A stretch of DNA of 64,000 nt from Theionarchaea archaeon (GTDB lineage: Archaea; Methanobacteriota_B; Thermococci; Methanofastidiosales; SZ-28-30), in the NCBI GenBank assembly GCA_018992685.1, contig JACVGT010000034.1, forward strand, positions 1 to 64,000, given 5' to 3'. The position numbers and the translations under genes were made by a program. This document shows, piece after piece, positions 19,321 through 29,871 of this stretch (positions are counted from its first letter, which is position 1; the number at the start of each line of letters is the position of its first letter). The notes beneath the pieces are model-generated. The model had not been told where the DNA came from. It ran no database searches and was given only the letters and a program-made list of their open reading frames with translations.

Positions 19321-20115
19321 TCAATAGACTGACAGTTTTCCATCTCTGACTGCTATTTTCCTGATGTACCTGTAGAGGACCACGGCAACCACGAAATACA
19401 CTGCTGTCAGGAATGTAACCATAGCTGCGTCCATCCAGAAGACTGAAGATTCCCAGGCGTTTTGTGACACTGATACCCTTACTGCGTCCAGAGCCCACGT
19501 GAGAGAAAGAGAATAGCTGATAGGCCTCACCCAGAAAGGCAAGACAGATATGGGGAACAACAACCCGCCGAGGACATAGATCATGTACTGCATTAAATTC
19601 ATGAAATACGCAACCCTTCTGGTCAGCATATAGGCTGATGCTAAAACAAGCCCGAATACAGACAGTGTCACGATTGTCATGACGAGAGATACAAGAAACA
19701 GTCCGGGGGATTCAATGTGTATGGGAAGTCGTAGGACGAATTTCCCCACAGCCAGAACGGCTGCAACCGAGACCAGGCCAGTTGCAGCAGAAGAAAGGAT
19801 CTTTCCGAAAGAGAATGTGAAGAGAGAAACAGGTGTCAAGAACATCAACTCCAACGTTCCCTGCATCCGTTCTTGAAAAATAGACTTTCCTCCAAAGGAC
19901 AGCACCATGGCCCAGACTCCAATGAATCCACTGCCAAAGACAACATATGTTGCATAGTCCTGGGAGCTTGTACCTACAAATCTGTAGAGCATTATTACCA
20001 CAAAGGCAACAAACACGGGCTCTACAAACGCATGTATCCCCCACAGGATGTCTGCCCGTTCGTGTTGCAGTTGAGAAATGAACCCACGTCTCAGTGAAAT
20101 CCAGTATGGGTTCAT
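19321..20115 (-). CDS. ABC-2 type exporter permease
   Basis: ERMQGTLE, GLLFPISVLPFW. Confidence 0.9.
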   Translation of the reverse strand: MNPYWISLRRGFISQLQHERADILWGIHAFVEPVFVAFVVIMLYRFVGTSSQDYATYVVFGSGFIGVWAMVLSFGGKSIFQERMQGTLELMFLTPVSLFTFSFGKILSSAATGLVSVAAVLAVGKFVLRLPIHIESPGLFLVSLVMTIVTLSVFGLVLASAYMLTRRVAYFMNLMQYMIYVLGGLLFPISVLPFWVRPISYSLSLTWALDAVRVSVSQNAWESSVFWMDAAMVTFLTAVYFVVAVVLYRYIRKIAVRDGKLSVY

Positions 20116-20116
20116 T

Positions 20117-21103
20117 CTATGACCTCGTCAGTTCCAAGAATACATCTTCGAGCGTGGGGGACCCCTGTTCCACAGAGATGATTTCATGCGTTTTTTCCAG
20201 CAAAGAAACAATATCCTCCACACACACTTTGTCCTGATCAAGCCCAACCTTGAGTTTAGTTGTATTATCCTGTATTCCTGATTCTACATAGTGTACGCCC
20301 TTTCTACTGGTTAATACATGCTCAACCTGAGGAACAACTCCCCTCAGCAGGATGGTGACGGGTGTGACTGTGCCGAATTGCCGTTTTAGGTTCTCGGGGG
20401 TGTCATTGGCTATCAACGTACCCCTGTGAATGATGGCAACACGATCACAGAGCTCGTCTGCTTCAAACATGTAGTGGGTTGTAAGAAAGACAGTCTTTTT
20501 TTCTCGTGTGCACAAATTCCTGATAGTCTTTCGCAGCTCATGGGCAATGGTGGGGTCGAGTCCAAGTGTCGGTTCATCCAAGAAGAGTATGTCAGGATCA
20601 TGGACCAGACCTCGTGCCAGGTGGAGACGTTGCTTCATTCCTTTTGAATATGTTTCCACCTTGCTGTCCGCTCTGTCAGCAATCCCCACGAGTTCCAGGA
20701 GCATGTCAATTCTGTCCATCCGCTCAGAAGAGTCGAGTCCGTAGAGTTCGGCAAATATACGCATATTGTCTCTCCCACTCAGTCTCCAGTAAAGTCCTCG
20801 TTCCCCCCCGAATACCACACTGATCCGTTTCCTCACTTCGTTTGGAGCCTTCAGAATATCATTACCAAGGATGGTAGCGGTTCCTTTGGTAGGCAATAGG
20901 AGTGTGGACAGCATCTTGATCGTAGTAGTCTTTCCCGCCCCATTTGGCCCCAAGAATCCAAAAAGCTCGCCACGATGTACCGAAATATTCAGGTTGTCGA
21001 CAGCTACAATGATTCTGCTTCCTTCACCTCTAATTCTTTTGAAAAAGGAGGGGTATTCTATATATTCTCTTGAAATATCGTAAGTCTTGATTACTGATTC
21101 CAT
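20117..21103 (-). CDS. ABC exporter ATP-binding subunit
   Basis: GPNGAGKTT, YSKGMKQ, LFLDEPT, TTH. Confidence 0.95.
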   Translation of the reverse strand: MESVIKTYDISREYIEYPSFFKRIRGEGSRIIVAVDNLNISVHRGELFGFLGPNGAGKTTTIKMLSTLLLPTKGTATILGNDILKAPNEVRKRISVVFGGERGLYWRLSGRDNMRIFAELYGLDSSERMDRIDMLLELVGIADRADSKVETYSKGMKQRLHLARGLVHDPDILFLDEPTLGLDPTIAHELRKTIRNLCTREKKTVFLTTHYMFEADELCDRVAIIHRGTLIANDTPENLKRQFGTVTPVTILLRGVVPQVEHVLTSRKGVHYVESGIQDNTTKLKVGLDQDKVCVEDIVSLLEKTHEIISVEQGSPTLEDVFLELTRS

Positions 21104-21668
21104 GAATCTCATCTCCGATGGCATGCTACGAGATAAATATGTTTTCCTTCGACAAGAATATTTAAATTTTTCGGTGGTTATGGTCCTGGATTTCCTGAAT
21201 TGACAAAGAAATCCCGGAACGCCCATTGAAAAGAAAGAAGCTTTGTGGAGAGAGGTAGAACCCACTGCTCTAGGAGAGCTCAGGGGGCTGTATACGTGTA
21301 GTTGATAGTCCATGAGATGTGTTACAAGAAGTTAGTGTGAAGAATACAGTGCCGTTTTTAATCGTTCTGCAAAATAAAACTCCAATTATGTCTTGGCTTT
21401 CGGGATACGGGAATACTTGAACTCAGAAGCGAAAACCTTTAAATATTCTCGATCAACTCTCCCGCGGTGATCACATAAGACCATCAGTTTTCGCTCTTGA
21501 ACAGTGGACGCACAGAATGCAGAACCCCGGTTTCAAGAACCCTATCAAGGAAATAAGACATGAAAGAAGGAGGCACACTCCAGCTGAAAGTGCTTTTCTT
21601 TCAATTGATTTGCCAGTTCTCTTCCAGAACTCCTCCATACCCGATGCTTGGACTTCTGAGGTGAATCT

Positions 21669-23279
21669 GTGAAAGGAAGATTCTCCGCAGAGAACAGACA
21701 GTGTCGAGCCCTCTTCGAATTAGCATCTGATGCTGTATTCATCTCAAGCCTGGAAGGAGAATATCTTGAGGTCAATGAAAGAGCGTTGGAAATGCTTGGA
21801 TACAAAATCCATGAACTAGTAGGGAAATCCTGCAAAGATATTGTCCTCTCATGTGAATGCCCCGATGAACTACAGAAACGGGAAGTTCTGCTTGCAGGAG
21901 GGAACCTACCCGTATACCAGAGGACGTTTGTCCGCAAGGATGGGGGTGAAATTCCTGCAGAGGTCACAGCTGCCCTGGTTTGCGATGAAGAAGGGAATCC
22001 CTTGTATATTCACAGTATTGTGCGGGACATTTCTGAACGCAAGAACACAGAATTAGCCTTGGAAGAGAGTCAGAGGAAATTCAGACTGTTTTTTGAAAGC
22101 GATTCCGTGTACTCTTACCTCATTTCCCCAGAAGGGCATGTACTGGACATCAACCTGAGCGCTCTGATTACACTGGGGTTCAAGAAGGAAGAGCTTATTG
22201 GAGCATCCTTGATTGAGACAGTCTACTCACCGTCTTCGCGAAAAAAAGCTGGAGAACTGTTCAAGAGACGGAAAGAGGCAGGAAAGGCCAAAAATGAGGA
22301 ATTGAATATAATCACCAAGAATGGAGACGAAAGAACTGTCTTTTCGCGTGTTGATTCGGTGACAACTTCCAACGGTGAAGTGCTCTCATTTATTCTAATC
22401 CAGAGGGACATTACGGAGAAGAAAAGAATTGAAGAGAAGCTCTTCACAATATGCAAACTTTCCAATAAGATGACGTTATCCTTGGATTTTGATGAAATAA
22501 TAAGTACAGCCCTGTACATTGCCAGAAGAGTCATTGAGTTGCGCACAGCTGGCATTACGCTCATTGACGAGGAAAAAAATGAACTCTACATCGCTGGATC
22601 CTATAACGTTGACAGGAGAGTTGACGATCTGAGGTTCCCCCTGAAAAGCGAGGTTGGGATTACAGCGCACGTCGCTAGAACGGGTGAACCATACTACTCC
22701 CCCGATGTCTCAAGGGACACGTTATACCTCAAGGTGACACCAAACATCAGGTCTGAGCTCGCCGTTCCTCTCAAGATAGGAACCAGGGTCTTGGGCGTTT
22801 TTGACGCAGAAAGTACAGAACCAGATGCTTTTTCTGATTCAGACTTTCTCCTGTTGAGCATCCTTGCTTCCCAGACTGCTGGTGCATTGCAGAACTACAG
22901 CCTTTTTAAAGAGGTGTCCGATTTGAAAGATTTTAATGAAAGCATAGTCAAGAATATTGAGGAGGGCATCTTGATAGAGGACAGCAGGGGATTTGTAACC
23001 TTTGTGAATAAAGCATTTGAAGACATGATGGGACGTGTCAGTGAAGAAATTGTGGGAAAGCACTGGAAAGAACTTCCTCCCAAAGAACTGGTGCCCCGAA
23101 TAGAGGACGAAATCGAGAGAGCACCGAAAGGGATCAAGAGACGATATGAAAGTGAAATTGTGAGAAAAGACGGGGAACGGACGCTGGTGGCCATAACGGC
23201 AATACCTCTCTTTGATGATGGAGGATTCAGGGGAGTGTTATCATTCTTTAAGGACCTGGGGAAGAGGAACGAATCCTGA
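21669..23279 (+). CDS. PAS-PAS-GAF-PAS sensory protein with no output domain
   Basis: Repeated VN...LGY/RKDG/RDIS-RDIT PAS motifs; GAF GITAHVARTGEP...SELAVPL; ends after the third PAS. Confidence 0.85.
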   Translation: MKGRFSAENRQCRALFELASDAVFISSLEGEYLEVNERALEMLGYKIHELVGKSCKDIVLSCECPDELQKREVLLAGGNLPVYQRTFVRKDGGEIPAEVTAALVCDEEGNPLYIHSIVRDISERKNTELALEESQRKFRLFFESDSVYSYLISPEGHVLDINLSALITLGFKKEELIGASLIETVYSPSSRKKAGELFKRRKEAGKAKNEELNIITKNGDERTVFSRVDSVTTSNGEVLSFILIQRDITEKKRIEEKLFTICKLSNKMTLSLDFDEIISTALYIARRVIELRTAGITLIDEEKNELYIAGSYNVDRRVDDLRFPLKSEVGITAHVARTGEPYYSPDVSRDTLYLKVTPNIRSELAVPLKIGTRVLGVFDAESTEPDAFSDSDFLLLSILASQTAGALQNYSLFKEVSDLKDFNESIVKNIEEGILIEDSRGFVTFVNKAFEDMMGRVSEEIVGKHWKELPPKELVPRIEDEIERAPKGIKRRYESEIVRKDGERTLVAITAIPLFDDGGFRGVLSFFKDLGKRNES

Positions 23280-23327
23280 CGTGTTCTATTGGTGCTTTCA
23301 GCAGTGCGTCCCAATGACTTTCCCTTT

Positions 23328-23942
23328 CTAGGGTTTTCTTGCTGTCAGTGAAAAATGATTTGCTCTGTCAATATGAAGGTCAACGATGCAAAACCCTTCA
23401 AACAGTGAGAGAAGTTCCTCTTTCTTGAAATAATGATGTGGAAATCCTTTTTCGCAGCCATCTAGTGGTACGAACGTATTGGGTTCGATTTCCTCTTGGC
23501 CCGTGCTGGGTTCATTCTTGGACACAGGCACTGTAACCCATATGAGTCCCCCCACTCTGAGAACACGAGTAATCTCCTGGACGGTCTTCCTGATATCTCT
23601 AACCCTGTTGTGATGGATTACCTGTATGCTTATGACTGCATCAAAGTACGCATCATCATATGGCAACGTGGCCATATCATGAAGGGTTACATGTGCTGTC
23701 AGCTTTTGTTCCCCAAGAATTCTAATAGTATGTCCGAGGGCGGTAGGTGATGAATCCAGCCCATAGACATCGAACCCCTTTCGGGCAAGATAAACGACAT
23801 GTCTCCCCGCCCCGCTTCCCAAGTCCAGGATGCGGTTTACCCTTTCTTCTGTGAACATACCAGCAATCACATCAATTCCAACATGAGGTTCCAGGGACAA
23901 AAACTCACCCCTCTTGTAGATTTCTTCCCAGACATTCTTCAT
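23328..23942 (-). CDS. Class I SAM-dependent methyltransferase
   Basis: ILDLGSGAGRH, GLDSS, FDAVIS. Confidence 0.9.
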   Translation of the reverse strand: MKNVWEEIYKRGEFLSLEPHVGIDVIAGMFTEERVNRILDLGSGAGRHVVYLARKGFDVYGLDSSPTALGHTIRILGEQKLTAHVTLHDMATLPYDDAYFDAVISIQVIHHNRVRDIRKTVQEITRVLRVGGLIWVTVPVSKNEPSTGQEEIEPNTFVPLDGCEKGFPHHYFKKEELLSLFEGFCIVDLHIDRANHFSLTARKP

Positions 23943-24125
23943 ACGAATTCTTTTTCCCAGCTCTTATAAAGGGTTTTGATGAGATCTATTCTCGTAGGGT
24001 GAGGCTTTGTACTTCGTTTTCGGAAAGAAGTCATCTCTTGGAATTGGAACAGTCTTCATGCACGGCCAAGATCTGCTGCAAAGCTAGTAGAAATGTTTTT
24101 ATGATATCTCTCGATATTTGTCATC

Positions 24126-25712
24126 ATGCAGAGGCTGACAAAGCTTTCTTTGGGGATGGTCTCAATAGGGATCATGTTTTTTCTTACCGTAGCACCGTAT
24201 CCTACAGCAGCTGTTGATAGACCTGGTGAGGTTCAAATAACGTCGTGTTCAACCAACTTTGACCCTGCACTCTATGAGGATATGGTTGTATGGATAACAA
24301 AGATAAATGGCACGTATGGGGTTTATGGACTGAACCTTGAAACAGGGAGAAGCTTCTTCAACACCGCAGACCCGTGCAGGAAGAAGAACCCCCAGATCTA
24401 CCAGGACGTTGTGGTCTGGGAAGACATGAGGAATGGCAACTGGGACATCTATGGATATGATCTGGCCACCTATCAAGAATTCCAGATCACCAAAGACGAG
24501 AAGGACCAGACACACCCTGCAATTTACGGAGACATTGTGGTATGGGAGGACAGAAGAAACGGTGAGTCAGATATTTATGGATATAATTTGAAGACGCATG
24601 AGGAGTTCCTTATTTCCAAGAGTGAAGGCTCTCATTACACTCCCGATATTTTCGAAGACCTTGTGGTGTGGCATGGCTACAGGAATTCTGGCAATGCTAT
24701 CTATGGGTATGATCTTCTCACAGGACAGGAGTTTCAGATTGTTGATGTCACGTGGAGTTTTGATTTGGTCTTGTCAGGGAAGTATGTGGTCTGGCAAGAC
24801 TACGACAGCGGGAACCAGGAGATCTATGCCTATAACCTCTCTTCCTCAGAAAGGACCACGGTATTCAGGGATCTATGGCGATGGGAGTGGTCATGCAGGT
24901 CGGATCCCATGACACTGCGCAAGATTGCGGCCTATGATGACACGGTCTTGTGGGCTAGCTACCGTGACTGTAACTACGACATCTACGGGTATAATCTTGC
25001 CACAGGGAATCAGGTTCAGATCACCTCTGATCTTCATGATCAATTCTTTCCTGCTCTTTACAAGAATACTGCTGTGTGGATGGATGATAGAGACGGGAAC
25101 TATAATGTCTATGGATATGACCTTGACTTTCCCGTTGTACCCGTATGGCTGACCTATGAAAAAAAGGTCACACTGCTCAGACTCTCATATGCAGCATTCC
25201 TTGTTTTCTTTGCCATTGGTGCTGGAATCATAGGACGGAAGGTGAAACCTCTTCAGAACCTGTCAGAGAAACCAGTTCAAGTATTGAAAAGGGGACCTGT
25301 ATCTGTTGTGGCACCAGCTGTTGTGTCTCTGATGTTTGCAGCCTTTTCACTGTATTTCTTCGAGAGTTTGGTCCTGTATGAGGCTAATTTTTCCATTATC
25401 GTTACTATTCTCTCTTTTGCACTCATATCATTGCTCCCTGTCTATATTACTGACTGGTGTGCAAGAACGCCGTACATCTTGATGACTGACACGGGTGTTA
25501 CAGTCCTGGGAGTGTGGGGCAACGTCCAAAGGGTAAAGTGGAATGACATTCAAGAGGTCAGTGTGCAAAAGAAAAAGATTGATATCTTCACAGAAAAGCG
25601 AGAAATCATAGTCTGGCTATCCGTACTCTCTGAAAAAGAAAAAGAACAGTTCGTTCGGAGAATCAAGGATCTTTCTGAGAGTGCTGACATACCCCTGCAT
25701 GAAGAAACATGA
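24126..25712 (+). CDS. Cell-surface beta-propeller repeat protein with a C-terminal membrane domain
   Basis: Signal peptide; repeats of VVWEDxRNGNWDIYGYDL; three TM helices followed by a PH-like tail. Confidence 0.85.
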   Translation: MQRLTKLSLGMVSIGIMFFLTVAPYPTAAVDRPGEVQITSCSTNFDPALYEDMVVWITKINGTYGVYGLNLETGRSFFNTADPCRKKNPQIYQDVVVWEDMRNGNWDIYGYDLATYQEFQITKDEKDQTHPAIYGDIVVWEDRRNGESDIYGYNLKTHEEFLISKSEGSHYTPDIFEDLVVWHGYRNSGNAIYGYDLLTGQEFQIVDVTWSFDLVLSGKYVVWQDYDSGNQEIYAYNLSSSERTTVFRDLWRWEWSCRSDPMTLRKIAAYDDTVLWASYRDCNYDIYGYNLATGNQVQITSDLHDQFFPALYKNTAVWMDDRDGNYNVYGYDLDFPVVPVWLTYEKKVTLLRLSYAAFLVFFAIGAGIIGRKVKPLQNLSEKPVQVLKRGPVSVVAPAVVSLMFAAFSLYFFESLVLYEANFSIIVTILSFALISLLPVYITDWCARTPYILMTDTGVTVLGVWGNVQRVKWNDIQEVSVQKKKIDIFTEKREIIVWLSVLSEKEKEQFVRRIKDLSESADIPLHEET

Positions 25713-25760
25713 AATGAAAAGCACAAAATGAGAATGAAAAGAAAACCAAATCAAAAGAAA

Positions 25761-27746
25761 CTATTGCTGTCTTTGGACCATTCTGAATTCTGTGCACATG
25801 AGTGTATCAGTATTGAAGTATGACATCAGTTGGGGAGTCCTGGATTGTATTCTGACAGTACCAAGAGCACACGTCTTCAGTTGAATAGTGGCACCCATCC
25901 TGGAATCAATATACTCCTCTACTCTCTTTTCAAGAAGCGTCAGAGGCACACCGCCACTGCTCAAGACCACGTGGTGGAACTCCTTTATATTGAACGCGTC
26001 ACCCAGTTCATCCATGGCTTTCTGGCGCAATTCCAACATTTTGAGCTTGCCCACCATATACCCTGTGGCCTGGGCAGGCAGCACAATGTACCGGTCCACC
26101 TCGTGAGAAGAATCATCATTTCCCATGGCCTCTTTCATGTAGGCTCTGGCTTCTTCTCGTGTCCACTGTTTATAGTGAATACCGGTATCTGCCACCAATC
26201 TCACAGCACGTAGTAATTCCATGTGCAGGCGTCCAATATTCCCATAGGGATCGTCTTCATACAGCCCCATCTCATAGACCAATTGCTCTGCATATAAGGC
26301 CCACCCTTCTACAAATCCGTTGTTGACTATGTCCCTACGGAATAGTGGCAAGTCCAATTCCTGAGCGATGGAAATCTGGAAGTAGTGACCTGGGATCGCC
26401 TCGTGGTAGGCAATAGTTGGCATCCGGTACGTGGGAACATATGAATTTCCTATGCCTGTATGGAATGCACCAGGACGGGAGCCGTCCAGAGAAGCCTGTA
26501 CGTAGAATCCACCCCCGCCGCCAAAGGAAGGTTCTCCAACAACGATTAGTTCAGCAGCAGGACGTATGTCAAATACTTCATCCAACCGTGAATCCACATC
26601 ATCCAGGATGTCCTCATACGTTGAAATGACCTCTTCCTTCCCCGATTGAGTGTATGTATTTATGAACCCCCGTTCCATGATGGCCCTGTCAATAAGTGTA
26701 TTCATGCTCTCGTCTTGGGGGTACCCTAGTCCATCAAAGACTTCACGCATTTCCTGTTGAATTCGATCTACTTCTGCAAGGCCCATCTGATGAATTTCCT
26801 CCGGGGTCAACACGGTGGATGTCTCATGACGGAGCATGTACTGGTAGTACTCATCTCCTTCAGGAAACCTCCATACGCCAGCTGTACTGGTGGCAACTGT
26901 CTCCAGGTACTCAACATACTCCAGAAGATCAGCATAGGCAGGGAGGACAGACTCTTCAACGGCCTTCAAAGCTTCTTCACGAAGCACATCTCTCTCCTCA
27001 TCTGACAGGTCAACCTCTTCGACTTTATCAGCAAAATAGGTGTAGAAAAGGATCGACCTGCCGCTGATGGTTGAAGGATCCCTGGAACTTGAGCCGAGGA
27101 ATTCCATCAGCATCTGCCTGGTCATTGTGAGGATATAGGTGGGCGGGATGACTCCCAATTCTTCTCGCTTTTTCAATCCTGTGAGCAACTGTGCAACCTG
27201 TGTATCCACGCTGGAAAGACGAGCAACGTAATCCTCACAGTCTTCTTCATCAGTAAGGGTATGGTACTCCGTGAACAGACGAATAAGCTCGTCATGATAG
27301 CTGAGGAGGAAGTGGTGTATGGGATAGTTATAGTACATGAATTTCCGGCCACGCACGAGGTCGTCCAGGTACCATTCGTAGGTATCATAGGAAATCTGCT
27401 GATCCTCGGTTAATGAAGAGCGATCGTACTCCCTCAATAACCTCAAGATGGCGCTTTCCAGTTCCTGGGTTTCCCTGATGTACTCATCTGATAGATCATT
27501 CAAGGTATTGTTCCGAAGTCCAACCTCTTCAGAGATTCCCAGTGCTGTGACCCATTCAGGATATCTCAGCAGTAGTTGCTTGAAGGATGCGTCAAAGAAC
27601 TCATCAATGGACAATCCTTTCAAGTCAGACACGATATCATCCACTGTCGAAGATTGTACGGACGATTGTGAACTCTGGCCAATACAACCCGACAGTGCTA
27701 GTACTACAACAAGGGCCATGATTTTCCGCATTTTCGTGGTAATCAT
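25761..27746 (-). CDS. DUF885 family lipoprotein (putative metallopeptidase)
   Basis: LSGC lipobox; HEAIPGH, EGWALYAE, RAVRLVADTGIH, QATGY. Confidence 0.9.
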   Translation of the reverse strand: MITTKMRKIMALVVVLALSGCIGQSSQSSVQSSTVDDIVSDLKGLSIDEFFDASFKQLLLRYPEWVTALGISEEVGLRNNTLNDLSDEYIRETQELESAILRLLREYDRSSLTEDQQISYDTYEWYLDDLVRGRKFMYYNYPIHHFLLSYHDELIRLFTEYHTLTDEEDCEDYVARLSSVDTQVAQLLTGLKKREELGVIPPTYILTMTRQMLMEFLGSSSRDPSTISGRSILFYTYFADKVEEVDLSDEERDVLREEALKAVEESVLPAYADLLEYVEYLETVATSTAGVWRFPEGDEYYQYMLRHETSTVLTPEEIHQMGLAEVDRIQQEMREVFDGLGYPQDESMNTLIDRAIMERGFINTYTQSGKEEVISTYEDILDDVDSRLDEVFDIRPAAELIVVGEPSFGGGGGFYVQASLDGSRPGAFHTGIGNSYVPTYRMPTIAYHEAIPGHYFQISIAQELDLPLFRRDIVNNGFVEGWALYAEQLVYEMGLYEDDPYGNIGRLHMELLRAVRLVADTGIHYKQWTREEARAYMKEAMGNDDSSHEVDRYIVLPAQATGYMVGKLKMLELRQKAMDELGDAFNIKEFHHVVLSSGGVPLTLLEKRVEEYIDSRMGATIQLKTCALGTVRIQSRTPQLMSYFNTDTLMCTEFRMVQRQQ

Positions 27747-27924
27747 CTCCTTACTTCTATATCACGCGTGTTTGAATGCTCTTTTCTTACTATAGTCTAT
27801 AGTAGCTATTACTGTGACGGAGATATGTTAAATACTTTTGGGTTTCTTATTCGTACGGAATGAGCACATCTTCTCAGAATCCAAAGAAGGCAAACCATAA
27901 AAGTGTGAGTTCCAATGTGAGGCA

Positions 27925-28755
27925 ATGACTAGAATTTTCACTCTGGTTGAAGATTATTCTGGATATGAGAGTCCCTTTCTCGCTCACCATGGAGTGAGCT
28001 TTCTCATCGAAGGTACAAGGACCATACTCTTCGATGCAGGACAGAAAGCATTCCCCCTCCTGTACAACATGGAAAGGCTGGGACGTGACCCATCCACGAT
28101 AGACTGTGTCTTCCTTTCTCACTGTCATTATGACCATACAGGTGGGTTACTCGATGTTCTGAGAGCTATCAACGAGAGGATACCTGTCATCGCACATTCC
28201 ACCGTTTTTAGACCCCATTTTTCTGAAAAAGAGTCAGAGAATGTAGGGATCCCCTTCGGACAGGAAGTGGTTCAGGAGTACTGTCAGCTTGTCCTGAGAG
28301 ACAGTCCCTTTGAGATCATGGAAAATGTGTATTCCACAGGAGAGATCGTTCACAGAGAAGGGTTTGAGACGGAGGCGCTGCAGAACATGAGGTTATACAC
28401 GTTGGAAAAGGGTAATCCAGTGAAGGATTGGCTCATGGATGACATGAGTATTGTCATGAAGACTCCTGAAGGGTTGGTGATTGTTACTGGCTGCTCCCAT
28501 GCAGGAATCGTGAGCATCATTGACCATGCTGTTTCTCTGATGCATGAGAAGAGAATTAAGGCGGTGATAGGGGGGTTCCATCTCATTGAAGCAGGGAAAG
28601 AGCACATTGAAAAGACAGTAGACGCATTGAGGGCCCGGAACGTACAGGGGCTGTACACAGGACACTGTACGGGACTGAGAGCGGAAGCGCTGTTCCTGGA
28701 TTCATGGGGAGAACAGTTTCATAAACTACATTCAGGGATGGTAATAGAGATTTGA
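27925..28755 (+). CDS. MBL-fold metallo-hydrolase (COG1237-like)
   Basis: HGVS, LSHCHYDHTGG, TGCSHAG, GGFHL, GHCTG. Confidence 0.9.
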   Translation: MTRIFTLVEDYSGYESPFLAHHGVSFLIEGTRTILFDAGQKAFPLLYNMERLGRDPSTIDCVFLSHCHYDHTGGLLDVLRAINERIPVIAHSTVFRPHFSEKESENVGIPFGQEVVQEYCQLVLRDSPFEIMENVYSTGEIVHREGFETEALQNMRLYTLEKGNPVKDWLMDDMSIVMKTPEGLVIVTGCSHAGIVSIIDHAVSLMHEKRIKAVIGGFHLIEAGKEHIEKTVDALRARNVQGLYTGHCTGLRAEALFLDSWGEQFHKLHSGMVIEI

Positions 28756-28778
28756 TCCGTCCTGCCAGAGGATGAGGA

Positions 28779-29777
28779 TCAGCCGTAGTATCGTTTGAAG
28801 ATCCGACAGATTGCCAGTGAAACCCAGAGCTGCATTTCTCTGTTTTTTGGACTGTCTTTATACCCTTTCTTCTGGTATGACAGTCTCCATAATCCGTTGT
28901 CCTCCTGGCTGTCAATGAACCACTGGAGTGCTTTTTTCACGTCCGGGTCCTCTTCAGGAATTCCGATGAGCGAAATGGAGTCCATGGCAGACACCAGGTT
29001 GTTCCACCAGAAGGGGAACTCAAATCGAACCCAGTATTCCTCTGATTGATAGGAGGTGTAAGAATCCTTCTTGAAAAACCGAGATTTCAGCAGGGTGGCT
29101 GCTGCCACAGCTTCTTCTGAGTGTCTGTAGCGAGGGTGAGAGGCGAAAGCGCGCAACACCATACCGGTGCAAGTGTGAGAAAAAGGCTGTGACCTATCAG
29201 GGCTGAGCGGTTCAGCATACTGACTGGTTAGCTGGATTTGTTCGTTCCAGGATATGTCTCTGGTAAGGAGAGGGATGGTCCACCCGTTGTCATGCTGCCT
29301 CATAGACAACAACCACTGAAGCCCTTTTTTGACTCTGGGGTCTTCTGTATAGCCTGCTGTAATGAGCAGGGACAGGATAGCACCTGTGTAGTAGGTGGCA
29401 TACTGGTTGCCAATCATTCCACGGACGTCTCCCTGTTCAGTCTGACAGGAAAACAGGAACTCTGCAGCTTTCTGGATTGAAGGGTGTTCGTTGGTGAACT
29501 GGTACATATCTACAAGGAATCTGAATTGCCTCCACGTCTCAACCAGAGGATAGTGATGGTCAGGATAAACGTTCTTTCGCGCTCCAGGGTATTTCCACGA
29601 CCCATCACGCAGTTGGGATTGTATTATTTTCTGCGGTTCTGGCAATTCCCAGACATTCTGTATGGATGGCACTGGGCTGGACAGCAAATCTCGTTCGGTA
29701 AAATACTTCAGTGCGGGGCCAGATGATAGGAGAAGAGGAGTGGGGTCATGCTGAAGATAGAGGTTCCATGAAGACAT
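28779..29777 (-). CDS. Prenyltransferase/squalene-oxidase-repeat (alpha/alpha-barrel) protein
   Basis: QW-like repeats QLRDGSW, RQHDNGW, QEDNGLW. Confidence 0.7.
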   Translation of the reverse strand: MSSWNLYLQHDPTPLLLSSGPALKYFTERDLLSSPVPSIQNVWELPEPQKIIQSQLRDGSWKYPGARKNVYPDHHYPLVETWRQFRFLVDMYQFTNEHPSIQKAAEFLFSCQTEQGDVRGMIGNQYATYYTGAILSLLITAGYTEDPRVKKGLQWLLSMRQHDNGWTIPLLTRDISWNEQIQLTSQYAEPLSPDRSQPFSHTCTGMVLRAFASHPRYRHSEEAVAAATLLKSRFFKKDSYTSYQSEEYWVRFEFPFWWNNLVSAMDSISLIGIPEEDPDVKKALQWFIDSQEDNGLWRLSYQKKGYKDSPKNREMQLWVSLAICRIFKRYYG

Positions 29778-29871
29778 GATATCGACCTGGTTCTTTCGGT
29801 GTATGATTTTTCTTTTCTTATGAGGTTGATGGTTCTTTGCAGTCGTGGAAGAGATTTCACTGTACTGTGGT

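Noticed and set aside
21431-21672. Promoter plus GGTGA followed by an ATA-initiated open frame ending at the PAS gene start
   Set aside because: No valid start codon at the RBS and no recognisable product; may be UTR or a decayed gene
24400-25130. Repeated DNA motifs that might suggest a CRISPR array
   Set aside because: They are coding beta-propeller repeats; no identical repeats with spacers and no cas genes
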